From positions 6,200,001 through 6,264,000 of the forward strand of contig NC_042997.1 of assembly GCF_006345805.1 (NCBI RefSeq): 64,000 nt of DNA. The letters are read 5' to 3'. The stretch comes from Octopus sinensis. Lineage: Eukaryota. Position 1 is the stretch's first letter; every line of letters begins with the position of its first letter. Below the pieces are notes generated by a model. It searched no databases and was not told the DNA's origin. It saw nothing but the letters and a program-made list of their open reading frames with translations. Below, piece by piece: positions 39,741 to 52,415 of this stretch. Both the position numbers and the translations under genes were made by a program.

Positions 39741-40240
39741 AGCGAGAGTGCCATTAATGTGAAACTGGTGGGGAAGTATGCGAAAACCAGAATAACCATC
39801 ATGACTACCCGTCTGTTAAGCGTACATCAGATACATATATCTCAAACATTTGTGCTCTACATGGTCATCCTATGTTAAGAGTAAGAGTGGATGACCTTGC
39901 AGGCGGATACCAATTAGAATTTTCTTCACGTCGAGTAGCCCATCACGCTCAAAAGTACCCTGAATAAGGATTGTTTAAGGATGTTGAACGAAACACCTAT
40001 GTTTCCAGATTTGAATTATCCAAACCTCAATGAATTTCTCTCAACATATGATTATGATGCTCCCCCACTACATCTGATCGTGATCAGAAATGCACACATC
40101 GACAGCCATTAAGGGGCATGCTCAATTGGTCGAAGTCACACAACTGACAAGCAAATCTGTGGTACTGTGCAGATTATTTGGTGTAATCAATATTTTATAC
40201 CGAGACATATCTATGTACATGATAACACTTCCAGTCAGTT
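39741..40240 (-). mobile_element. Unclassified interspersed repeat apparently ending in the (AAT)n tract
   Basis: Non-simple sequence runs directly into (AAT)n on the minus strand. The internal motif gagtagcccat..cg.tcaaa...ccc.tgaat is repeated at ~40388. Confidence 0.4.
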
Positions 40241-40477
40241 AAGATGAGAAACCTCATGATTACACTTCATATATGTGTAAATCAGGTACATCACAGAAAT
40301 ATATCCACAAGATGGTGATCTCATATCAAGATAATCAGAACGTGACCTTGAAGTTGGGATCCAGTTAGTATAATCTTCTAACTGGTCGAGTAGCCCATTC
40401 TCGTTCAAAAAGTCCCTGAATGAATGTTCTTTGAGAATGATAAGCGAAACACCCAGTAACACGGTTTGCTGCCTCAA

Positions 40478-40870
40478 CCGTTAGCACGCCGGGCGAAGAG
40501 TTTAGCGGTATTTTGCCTGTCACTATGCTCTGAGTTCAAATTGTGCCTAGGCCTATTGTGCTATCCATCCTTTCGTGGTCGATAAATTAAATAAATGTAA
40601 ACACTGGAGTCGATATTATCCACTACTCTTTTCCCTAAAAATTTCAGAAATTGTGCCTTTATTAAAAATGATTCTTCTTCTTATTAATAATGGCGTCGAA
40701 CTGGCAGAATCGCTACGTGTTGAGTTCAAAATCCGCCGGTGTACATTTTTTCATTTTATCCTTTCGGTGTTGATAAATTAATTACCAGTGATACACTAGT
40801 CCCCTCCTCATATATTTCAGGCCTTATACCAATAGTAGAGACTATCCTCCTTCTTCTTCTTATTATTATT
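40478..40870 (+). mobile_element. Two SINE family B copies
   Basis: ccgttagcacgccgggcgaagagtttagcggtatt...ctgagttcaaatt; ggcgtcgaactggcagaatcg...gagttcaaaatccgcc. Confidence 0.75.
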
Positions 40871-41158
40871 ATCAACACCCTATTCGTATTTGTACTATAG
40901 ATCCTAATGTTTTTTCCTCCACCTTGTCCAGAGATTTTCCCCCCTTTAATCCTTCTCTAGTACCAGTATAACATCACTAGAAAGCAAGCTACCCAATAAT
41001 ACTGTATGTATGCATGGCCTTTTTTAAAAAAATATTCTCTTGCTATGACGAGCAAACACGGTATTTTGTGTGTGAACACTTTCTGCGAGATATCCAGCGT
41101 ATTCAGTCATCTATTTAAAGCGCTTACCACTCTCCTTAATATGCCAATTACTTTTGAG

Positions 41159-41212
41159 ATTCTGGTAATTTAGAATAGCTATAAATATATAGCTATTCTA
41201 AATTACCAGAAT
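41159..41212. repeat. Perfect 25-bp-arm palindrome with 4-nt loop
   Basis: attctggtaatttagaatagctata-aata-tatagctattctaaattaccagaat. Confidence 0.95.
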
Positions 41213-43148
41213 TTCATCACTGTAATTTCCTACTCCTCTATAATACACTCAAAAGTAACATCGATTTAAACAAAAACCCCTTTCGTCTTTATTGATTATA
41301 GAGTCATATTTTAAAGGCTTGTGCTCTGGCAGATTCTTTTGAGCGTCCAGAATCCTGCTTTCTTCCTTTTCTGGTTATTTTCACTAGCTCAACAATAACC
41401 CATTTCAACATTTTCTATTCCTTTTCATTCTGGATTGCTATGTCCCATCAAATTTTTTACTGGTCATTCTTTCCAACGTTTGATCTATGCTCATTCCACT
41501 AAATTGTGTGAGCGGCATTTCGCATTTCACTCACTTATCACAAATGATGCCATTTCGTCATGTCCCTTACTTTGGAATTGTGGAAACTTGCAGACAGATA
41601 CTACGTATCAGTATCACATCGTTCTTAAACATATTCTGCTGCGATTGTGTTCAACTTTCCTACCTATAACCTGCAATTCAACTACGTTATTCTTTAGGAG
41701 CAGGCAGCCTTCTACATTTAGAGCCGAGGTCTTTGAAATGAGTATCGTCACGTTTTATTGTTATTAACGCATAAACTAGTGTTGCAGTAATGATAGGGTA
41801 CAAAGAATCATAAGTGAAAATGTAGTATTATATGACTTCCATAATATTATGAAGCTTATGACAGATAATAAGCTCTCTGTAAATGGACTGAAAAATGTAT
41901 CCACAACTGTACAATAGGCCACTGCATGTGCCCAACGGAAAGTGTCAAATATGTTTTCAGATATTAAAGTTTTCATTTTAAATGGTGAAACTACAGGATT
42001 GAGTGTTTGTCAATATGTGTGGTTAGAGAGATAGATAGATAATATATAGATAGATATATAAAAGATAGATAGATAGATAGATAGATAGAAAGATAGAGGT
42101 AACGATGAAGAGAGAGAGGAGCGGAGGCAGAGAGATAGTAGTAATAAAGACACAAAACCAAGTAAAATTCAGCTACACTGTGTTTTCTGACAAGAATATT
42201 AAATTTACTTCTTAAGCTTAGAATGTCTACACGGTGAGTTGGCAACTTCGTATGAAGTGAGGTTTAGATGATCATACGTGATTTGAGAGACAGAAAGATT
42301 AATCATAGATAATTCTCCGAACAGCAAGTAGATCCCGACTCTTTCAGGGGGTAAACATTTTATAAACCAACAGTGGATGCACAAAGGAAAACTAAGCAGT
42401 GGAAACAATATTGGAATGATTGAAGAATCTGAAATTTAGTGAGGTTTCTCAGATTATAGGCGATGGTGCATTCACGCGATGCAAAAACAATGGCGTATAA
42501 ACAGATATATCAATTGATATATTGCTGCAAATGTAATGACAGAAAGGCGAATATATTAAATGGCGCTCAATAAGTTTGTAACCGAGTTTATGGGATGATG
42601 TTCTGTAAGGTCGCTTATCTCTAATTCCCGCTAAAATACACTCTGTCAACTGTGTAAAAGAAGGAAAAATTTCATCGTTGATATTTATACAGTCCCCGGA
42701 TGTCCGTAGGTTCCTCAAAAGATAAAGATTTTCAAGTGAATGACTGCAACATATTTTTGATCTACTAGTGTAAGGATTTCTACTGTTGATCTCGCAGTTG
42801 AAGCCAAGGTCATAGAATAACGCCTCATAAATTTGAAGCAATCGCAGACAAGTAATTACTAATATTTCGTGCTGTTCATTACGCCCGTGTATATGATGTG
42901 TTAGAAAAAAATGAATTTTTCTTTTGTTTTACAAAGCTATCTCATCAACCGTAGTTCTAAATCATCGACATATGAGACATGGTTTGTAAAACAGTACGTT
43001 TATTAGAAATAGAAGAGATAAGCATGATGAAAGGCGCAAACACATTTAGCTTAACATAAAAATAAAATAACAACACCACAAATTCGTCTACTTTCTAAGG
43101 GCCTTAATTACAACCCAACTTTTGCAACACCTAATTTCATTGAAATGT

Positions 43149-43770
43149 AAGGCAGCGAAGTGGCACAAATGTTAGCACGTCGCGCGAACTGATTTGTTGT
43201 ATTTCGTCCGACGCTGCGTTCTGAGTTCAAATTCCGACGAGGTCAACTTTGCCTTCGATCATTTCGGGGTCGTTAAATTAAGTACCAGTTACGCACTGGG
43301 GTCGATGTAATCGACTCAATCCGTTTGTCTGTCCCTGTTTGTCCTCTCTAAGTAGTAAAGAAGTAGGTATTTCGCGTGCTGGTAAAGGCAGCGAGCTGGC
43401 AGAAACGTTAGCACGCCGGGCGAAATGCGTAGCCGTATTTCGACTACCGTTACGTTCTGAGTTCAAATTCCGCCGAGGTTGACTTTGTCTTTCATTTTTT
43501 GAGGTCGATAAATTAAGTACCAGTTACGGACTGATCTTGACGTAATATACTTAATCCGTTTGTCCCCTCTGTGTTTAGCCCCTTGTAGGTAGTAAAGAAA
43601 TAGGTATTTCGTCTGCCGCTACGTTCTGAGTTCAAATTCCGCCGAGGTCAACTTTGTCTTTCAACCTTTCGGGGTCGGTAAATTAAGTACCAGTTGCGTG
43701 TTAGGGTCGATCTAATCGACTGACCCCCCACCTCCCTCAAAATTTCGGTCGTTCTGCCTATACTAGAAAT
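43149..43770 (+). mobile_element. Head-to-tail array of three SINE family B units
   Basis: cgttctgagttcaaattccg.cgagg three times (~43218, ~43452, ~43622), each followed by ggtcg.taaattaagtaccagtt. Confidence 0.9.
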
Positions 43771-45590
43771 GAATATCATTGAAATGTAATCTATTTCAAA
43801 ATTCTCTAGAAAATTACGTATCAATGGTGAGTTACGACAGAGTAATAAAATGAATATAGGTTATCCAGATATAACACTGGACCAAATATCACCATATAAA
43901 TATGGGAACTAGTTCTGTAAATATTTACATGAAAACGGTATAGGTACTTCGGGGATTGTTTAATTTAATGGAAGGAAAACAGAGAAGGAAGAAAGATTCA
44001 AAATATTACCCAAGGGAAGTAAGAAAGTTATGCATTTCACCAATAGCAACTCCCAGTTTTAGGCAACCTGATAAAGAAAGTCAGCAAGCAAATAGAAACA
44101 TAAAATAAATCTACAAACAATAGTGTGTGTGGGTGTGTGTGTGGGTGTTTGTGTGTGTATGTGTGTGAGTGTCTGTGTGTTTGTTTGTGTGTGTGTGTGT
44201 GTGTGTATGTGTGTATGTGTGTGTGTGTTCGAGACAAACCAGATTAAAAGCCTGTTACAGCTTAGCAAAAATTTTCTGCAGTTTCATCCGATGACAATAT
44301 CCATAGGTTCTAGAACCGAAGATTATATTCCATAAAATTAATTATTCACCATCCTTAATCCATGAAAAATACAATATAAAAAAAAATTAAATATCAAGTT
44401 ACAAAGGCAAACTAGTCAGGCGTATATATTGAAAATTTAAATAATTGCCATACAATTTAGACTTGTAGATCTAAAAGAAATGAAGCCCAAATTATATCAA
44501 CACTGATAAAAGGAATCCAGGCTGAAGAAAAATTTTCCCACACGAATCATCATAAAATGCCAATTGAAACAAATTCCGAACTTAAGTAAATATGTGTACG
44601 ATCCAACAGTAGAAAAAGTTTAAATGCCCGAGAATAATTGGAGATGTATTTTAAATAAGAACAATGCTCCACAAAGGAAATAAACTTCATCTTTTCATTT
44701 GAATGCCTAATTTATGCAATGACATTGTCATAATGTGGAGAAAAATACGTACGGAAGGCGTTCATTAAATATTTTCTCTGACCCACATCCGGTTATTTCA
44801 AGAAACGGAACTTGTACCGGTACAATCATACATGTTACTATTTCACATGATGATGTGTGATATACTATTATAATTTTATATACTATAATAATTTTATGTA
44901 TGTCCCGCCTTTGCAAAAGGAGAAGAATAACGAGTCAAAAGTTATATGTTTTTTCTTTTAGAGACACTAAACAAATTACACGTTTTTTCTATATAAAAAT
45001 GAATTTCTGATTACGATATACAAAAATTAAAGTTTTTTTCCAAAGCCATTGAAACATAAACTATAAAACGATTTTCAGCGCATCAATGCATCTCTGTTTG
45101 TTTGTTTCTTCCTTTTTTTCCCTTTTCTCTCTGTATATATATACACACCACCCTCTTATATATATATTGTAAAACAACACACACGCACACACATATGACT
45201 TTACGTACACACATATATGCGCACATTTATATGTCTATGAGTGTGTATGAGTATGTATGCGTATACAGTGTGTTGATAAGATTTCGCTGGAGCGAACCTC
45301 CATTATTTACCTCACTGTTATTTGAGAATGCATGAGAAACACGGGAAACACGTAGGTGCAAGTACGGGAAACAAAAATGCTCAAATATTGAACAGCATTG
45401 TTTTTTCAATTGGTATCGACTATATACAGAAAACTATGCGCCTACTAGCACATATACACACACACACACATACAAGCGATCAAGCACACGCGCACATATC
45501 AACACACAATTACATACACACACACGTATGTATGTGCACATATTTATAAATGTGTGTATGTTTGCGTATGTATATATGTATGTATATATG

Positions 45591-45709
<119 letters not shown>

Positions 45710-46914
45710 ATTCACACATGCATAGGCACAAACATACGCTCATTTATACATACAATGTATTCGTATGCATCGTGGAACAAATACAAGATATAAATTTTCT
45801 GTAAAAGTTTATGCTTACTTTTTCATCGATATAAACTTAGGAAGTTAATTTTATTTCCGCGTATTTCGTTCTTTTGTTGATGAAAATCTATTCAGAATTC
45901 ATTTAACTGCAAGGACACTATTTTTTCGTAAGAAGTTCTAAATTGCTTCACTACATTCAATCAGAGATAGTACTAAATTCAGGCCTATATTATAGTACAA
46001 ATTTCTGATATTTGTTGCAGTGATAAGTTTTAGAGATGATTTTCTTCAATTATGAAGACACCATTATAAGGATTTTTTTTATCGCACCTTTAAGTTCGAA
46101 CTTCATTGTTGACAAATGTCTTGGCTGAATTCATGACTTAAGGTTTCGGTACGTCTTACGCATTTCATTTTGTCTGATGTCCTATTTTTTCTGTCATCAC
46201 ACTACACTAAATAGAACTTCACCAAGAAAACATACGAAACTAATTATGGAATATGTGCGGGTATCAGTTGTATGTATGGATGGAGGATGATTTTGTAGAT
46301 TTGCTGCATTTACATCCATTTCAGATTTGGGATTATCTTTTCGAACACTGAACCAACTACAATCATATGTGAAATATTTTAACGATGTTAGTAACTGACG
46401 TTTAAATTATCCTTGTGTGTAAACAGTTTCTGCTCTCTTACAATGACTTTCATTGAAAAAAGAAACTCCACATGCATATATCTGTGCATATAAACTAAGA
46501 AGACAGAAATTAAGATGGCTATAAAAATCTAATACTAACGTAAGTTATATGTGGTATTTGAAAATAGAATACGTCATTTAGCACAAAATAGAATGATTTA
46601 CCTTTCAAGATTTCCTATGTTGATTATCTCGTGGACTTCCAAAATTTTTCAACATGGGACATTCTGATTGCACGAAAAACAACTTAGGCAAATTGTTTCA
46701 TTAAAACACACAAGTCTTATTTACGAAGTGAGTGGGGCAAAATTTGCAAGCGGGTCAAACTGAGTATTTTTTTTTTCACTGGCTGAAACAATTGCATTGC
46801 AATCACTGCAGTAATATTTTGTACTGTTGCATCATGTTTGGAATCGGTATGCACTGGTGTTGAAGTTGAGAGACTTTGAAACATATTCCTGTGTCTTTCT
46901 GTTTTTTTTTTTTT

Positions 46915-47171
46915 TTATCTTTTACTTCTTTTAGTATTTGACTGCGACCATGCTGGGGCACTGTCTCGAAGGAATTTTAATTGAAATGAAAGACGCCCAA
47001 ATCTTGTTTTAAGTCATGTATTCATTCTATCGGTCTCTTATGCTAAACCACTAGGTTACAGGGACGTAAACACACCAACACCGGTTGCCAAGTGAAGGTA
47101 GAGGACACACACAAACACAAAAGATGTGTCCATGCGCGCACACATTTATTTATCTATCTATCTATTTATTT

Positions 47172-47246
<75 letters not shown>

Positions 47247-47640
47247 CTCTCTCTATATATATATATATGTATGTATCTAGTCGCCATGATAGATCGTTAG
47301 CCACTACACACATTTTTTCTCTCCTTGTTTTTTTCTGTGTCCTTTCTGTAGAAGAGCGTAGGCTCGAAACGTAAAATACTTTTTCTATTCCTGAGCGTTA
47401 TACTAATACATCTGTTTGTTTTGTACACCACCTATCTTCGTCTTTTGTTTTTTTAGTAAACTTTCCCTGTCTATCGATCTATATATAGACTACAGGATTC
47501 TTTCGGTTTCTCTCAACGAAATCCATACAAGTCCGAGGGTATAATAGAGACATTTGCACAACGTGCCATGCTGTAGGATTTAATACAAAAACATGTGGCT
47601 GGGAACCAAGTTACTTACCACACTGCCACATCTGCGTCAA
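46915..47640 (-). mobile_element. SINE family A, full copy with an HHR repeat inserted in its internal microsatellite
   Basis: 3' half at 46915-47100, 5' half at 47480-47640. The insert 47290-47465 matches the family at 8125-8290. Confidence 0.75.
47342..47376 (+). ncRNA. Minimal HHR-like motif (CUGUAGAA variant)
   Basis: CUUU-CUGUAGAA-GAGC-GUAG-GCUC-GAAAC-GUA-AAA. Confidence 0.45.
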
Positions 47641-48905
47641 GTATATTTCTTCCACTGATTTGACCTGATAGTAATCAAGATTGATAATACAACATGTACA
47701 TAATTTTTGGCGTATAAAAATCACAATTCTTTACAATATTAGATATGAAGATGATTTTGCTCAATATAGATAGCTAATATGATCATTTTTAGTTTTCTAG
47801 AAAATGAAGTCTAATTTGGAGAAAAAATAGTGACGAACTTCAACAACCTCTTCAAATGCATGCTGCGTAAATAGTAAATGGATTTAGTCAAGCTTCATTA
47901 ATTTCACACCATGTGCCATTTTTCCATGATCCTCTTTCATCTTTCCAAGGTATTTTAAAATTTATCTGCATTTCTGACTTTCGTGATGTCTAAGGATGGA
48001 TATTCATGTATATGAGTTGTTTTCTAAATGTAATTCTGGGAAATTGAATCAACAGATTTTCCTGATTTTCTCATATTCATTTTGCTCAACTTCAATTTGT
48101 CATTTGTGTACTCAAGGATCACGGAGGTGATTTTCTGAAATAGAGTTCTGAATATTAGGTAAATATTACTCATTGTGCCGCACCTCATCCCCTACAATAT
48201 TATATGAATTGTGAGAGGCAGATTGTCTGTTTCTTCTCTTTTTTTAAAAACGCATATGGTATTTTGGAAAGGGAAAAAAGCCAAACTGAAAGTATATATT
48301 TAGAAATAATTACGATACTCTTCTCTGTCTTCAACTGAGTGTGGAATAGAAAATACTGTGGGATATTTGTATGCGTGTGTGTGCGGGGGGGGGGGGTTGT
48401 ACACACTCCGGAGTTTTCAGGCATAATTTCAAAAAAATTCATTCTTCAAAACGACAATATTCCGGCTCCGATCCCGCTGCATGACACATTGTAAAGTTCC
48501 ATTTATTGTAGCATCGCGTCAAAAGGAAATTTAAGAGATCAACTGTGTAAAAGTTGGTCGAGTTGATTATACTGGTAATTCATATCGCTTACATCATTCA
48601 TAAGAAAAAGTCGAAAATGTTCTGACGAAGTTGCAAATGAGGTATTGTATCATAATGTGAACACAAAAGCAAATCCATAGAAAGATAATGCCGAAGAGAC
48701 GAATATAAACATCCAAGACGATGGGAAGGGAATAGGTACGATTAATTTGAAAGTCACTGTCAATAATCCCAGAAAATTAAAGGAAAACCCAATAGACATA
48801 ATGATGTGAGACAAAAGAATGACGCTTTCCGTAATTAGTGAAATTATTTAAAAAATTGAAAGGGTGTGTGTGTGTATACACACATATGTATACATATGTA
48901 CATAC

Positions 48906-49325
48906 ATAAATCTACTACAAATATGGGAAATTCTGTGTGTGGGTGTGTTTGTGGAGTTGTTAGCTAAGTCCTCCTACATCGTTTTATCGATTTTGATGAA
49001 ACTTGACACGTATGTAGAACGGATGTCCAGAAATCTCTTGGCATTCTCAGGTTGTTGAAAAAAGTCGATAATAGGACCCCTAGAAGAGATCCTTATATAT
49101 ATCTAATGCATTTTATTTTAACAGTAAAGGGAAATAACCCATTCGCCCACATTTTAACATCCAAGGGAAATAACCCATTATTTTCCTTAATCATGCAGTA
49201 TGAAACCAAGTGGATTATTTCTTAATGTTTCAACAGTTACAGCTCTTTTCGCAATTTATCTGGTACAATCCTTCAACAAGTAAATATTATTTTCCTAAAC
49301 AATAGATCAACTTATTTCGGTTAGT
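48906..49325 (+). mobile_element. Possible non-autonomous Helitron/Helentron-like element 5' part
   Basis: Starts tctactacaaat...(gt)n...ttgatgaaacttgacacg, with a duplicated aagggaaataacccatt motif. Resembles Helitron-derived non-autonomous repeats from memory only. Confidence 0.35.
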
Positions 49326-49491
49326 GAGTTTGATTGATTGATTGATTGATTCTAGTTTCAGCTTATGAGCTGTGGCCATGCTGGGGCACCGCCATTTGGT
49401 GTTGCTACTTGGTTTTACTTCATGGAGGCTTTCTAGCAACTGCTATTTGGTGCATGAGAGAGTTCGATGCAGCTGCCCTCATCTGCCCCTC

Positions 49492-52415
49492 CTAGCGTGA
49501 AGTTGGTCCATCTGGGACACCTGACAGGAAGAGATCCAGCTTCATTTTAAAGACATCTGTATCCACCCCATGCAGGTCTCTCAGGTTCTTCGGGAGGATA
49601 TTGAAGAGCTGTGGGCCTCGGAAGCCCAGGCTATCACAGAATCTTGTCCTACATCTTGATGGCAGGATTGGAGTCCTAGGCACCACGCAGTGGCGCCCAG
49701 TTCTGGCATTTGCGTAACTCTCGATGCCAAAGTTCAGGACACTTCCCTCCAGGATCTTCCAGATGTATATTATGGCATATCTTTCCCGCCTACGCTCCAG
49801 GGAATATAATTTTAATCTCTTGAGTCTTTCCCAGCAGCTTACATTATGCATAGAGGCTATCTTCTTTGTGTTGCTTCGTTGGATCGCCTCAAGTTCTGTG
49901 ATCAACTTGACACTGGATGGTGACCATAGCTGAGAGCAATAGTCAAAGTGGCTTAGGACAAGTGTCCTCCAGAGGACCATCATGGTTTCTTGTTCTCTTG
50001 TTCTAAAGGTTCTAAGAATCCAACCAGCCAGCTGTCTACATTTCATTGTCAGTTTAGCAACATGTACATGAAAGGTCACGTCATCACTCATGTGAATACT
50101 CAGGTCACGCACTGATTGTGCCTCTGGGATTGCAATCCCTCCGGGTCAAGTGTATTCATTGGGTATTGCATTCAGTTTTGCATGCTGATAGTATAAAGCT
50201 TGAAACTTTCCAGCATTGAACTGCATGCTATTCTTTTCAGCCCACTTGTATATTTCGTCCAGCTCACATTACAGGTGTTTAGTGTCCTCAGGGTTCTGTA
50301 TTGCCTGTGAAACTCTTGTATCATCTGCATAATTTGTGATCGTGGCTCTCTGCGTGGCTGAGGGCATGTCTGAGAGGGCCATTATGAACAGTAGTGGTCC
50401 CAGAACAGTGCCCTGCGGAACACCGCTCACTATTTGTGTGTTAATGGAGGTGGCCCCATTGGCTACTACCACCTGACTTCTATCCTTCAGAAAGTCATGA
50501 AGCCATTCTCCCAGTTTTCCAACTATGTTGAGATCACGCAGTTTGTGACATATCATTCCATGATCGACTTTATCAAAGGCCTTTGCAAAGTCGAGATATA
50601 TCACTTCCACATTTGAGTGGTTGAGCAGCCGTTTCAGCACCCAGTCATAGTGTTGTAGGAGCTGAGTTAAACAGCTTCTCCCTGGTCGGAAACCATGTTG
50701 GGTGTCGGGCAGCAAGTCATTCTCTTCAAGGAAGGTGATCAGCTTCCTTCTGACTATTCGTTCCATGACCTTGCTGATGTGTGAGGTCAGAGAGATAGGT
50801 CTATAGTTCTTGGCTTCCGCTCTGCTACCTCCTTTATGAATGGGGCATATTTTACCTTCCTTCAGTTTTCCTGGAAGTTTGCCAGCTGCAAGGAAGCTCT
50901 GAAAGAGGAACTGCAGTGGTATTGCTAGGACTCTCTTACATGCTTTTAGGAGGATTGCCGGGAATCCATCGGGGCCAGTAGCTGAGTCTGTTTTCATTTC
51001 ATCTATAGCCTTGGTTACATCGTCTTCCTTTATATCGATGTAATCTATCGTCGCCGCCTCTGATTTTATATCTGCAGTGGTTAAAAAGTCAGTTGGATTG
51101 GTGATTTGGAGATGCCCAAGGGGTGGAGTGAAAACACTCTTGAATTGCTCATTCAGTATTTCACTTACCCTCATTGGTTTTCCTGTAAGTGTGCCATCCT
51201 TTTCGAGGAGTGGCCCTATTCTACAGTGCACTGTAGCTGTTTCTTTGGCATACCTGTAGAAAGCTCTGGGGTTAGATTTTATGTTCTCTATAGCCCAGGC
51301 TTCTTTGTCTGCTCTTTCTTTTTCATGGGAGAGTTGCAGACATTTTTCGATTTCCAACAGTTTTATTTTTAGGCGGGACTTTTCACTGCTTTCAATCTGT
51401 TTGTTTAGGCGATTTGAAAATTTCGTACGCCGTCTCATTAAAATTTTCCTCTCTCTGGGAGTTTTGTTCTTGTGTACAGTGGCCTTTCTCTCTGGGACAC
51501 ATTTGTAGCACATGGCTTGCATTACAGACATGAATTGTTGAAGTTTCACGTCGATGTCTGGCGAGGAGAGACTTTAGGCCAGTTTTGTTTGAGGATCTCT
51601 TTCTCAATTTGTTTCCAGTTTGCCTTATGGTAGTTCAAGCTGGAAAGATTTTGAGGGTTTCTTGTAGGCTGCATGTCCGTGCTCTCTTTTGGCCCGTACA
51701 TGGTCAGCTCTATCATGTTGTGATCCGAGAGTAGTTTCGGTGTCACTTTCACATTATGGATGAGATCCATGTCATTTGTGAAGCAGAGATCCAGTGTGTT
51801 ACCTGCCCTGGTTGGTTGGAGTATTACCTGCTCCATGTACAGGGTGTTGATGAGGTTCAGGAGGGACCTCGCCTGTCCTCGTTCACATCTTGTCATTCCT
51901 GGGAGAGAAAGGCCCTCGGGGCATCTGACATTGGGCAGATTGAAGTCTCCCATAAGAAGCACACCTGTGTGTTGTTCTAATGTGGTTAGAATTTCTTCTA
52001 TTTTTATAAGGCAGTCTTCAAACTTGCTCACATGGCTTGGGGCATCTGGAGGGCGATATGTAGCACACACAACTACATCAAGTTGCCTAATATGTACAAT
52101 TAGTGTGTCACACACCGAGTTTGAGTATGACAAGAGGACCTGGGGTGTGAGGTCCTCACGGATGTACATAGCAACACCTCCATGACTCCTTTCTTTCCTG
52201 TCGGTCCGTAGTACAGCATACTGTGGTATGTGTAACTCCGCATCTGCTATGTCCGGTTTCAGGTGCGTTTCTGTAAGTGCTATGCATAAGGCTTGATTGC
52301 ATGCAACAAAGTCTCTCAGGAACGGGATCTTTGTCCTGTTACTGAGTGTTTGCAGTCCTCTGATGTTCAGTAGGAGTATCGAGGTGAGGTGTACGTTGTT
52401 GCCGGCGGTGTCCAT
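49492..52415 (-). pseudogene. LINE ORF2: apurinic-like endonuclease + reverse transcriptase (frameshift at ~51570, stops at ~50270 and ~50160)
   Basis: APE: LLNIRGL, ALTETHL, GGVAMYIR, MGDFNLP, NTLDLCFTN, SDHNMI. RT: NYRPISLTS, QHGFRPGRSC, LDFAKAFDKVDH, GVPQGTVLGPLLF, YADD. C-terminal LYSLERRRERY. Confidence 0.95.

Noticed and set aside
47750-48200. Coding-like minus-strand stretch vaguely resembling a receptor M3-M4 loop
   Set aside because: Multiple stops and no diagnostic motif; likely over-reading.
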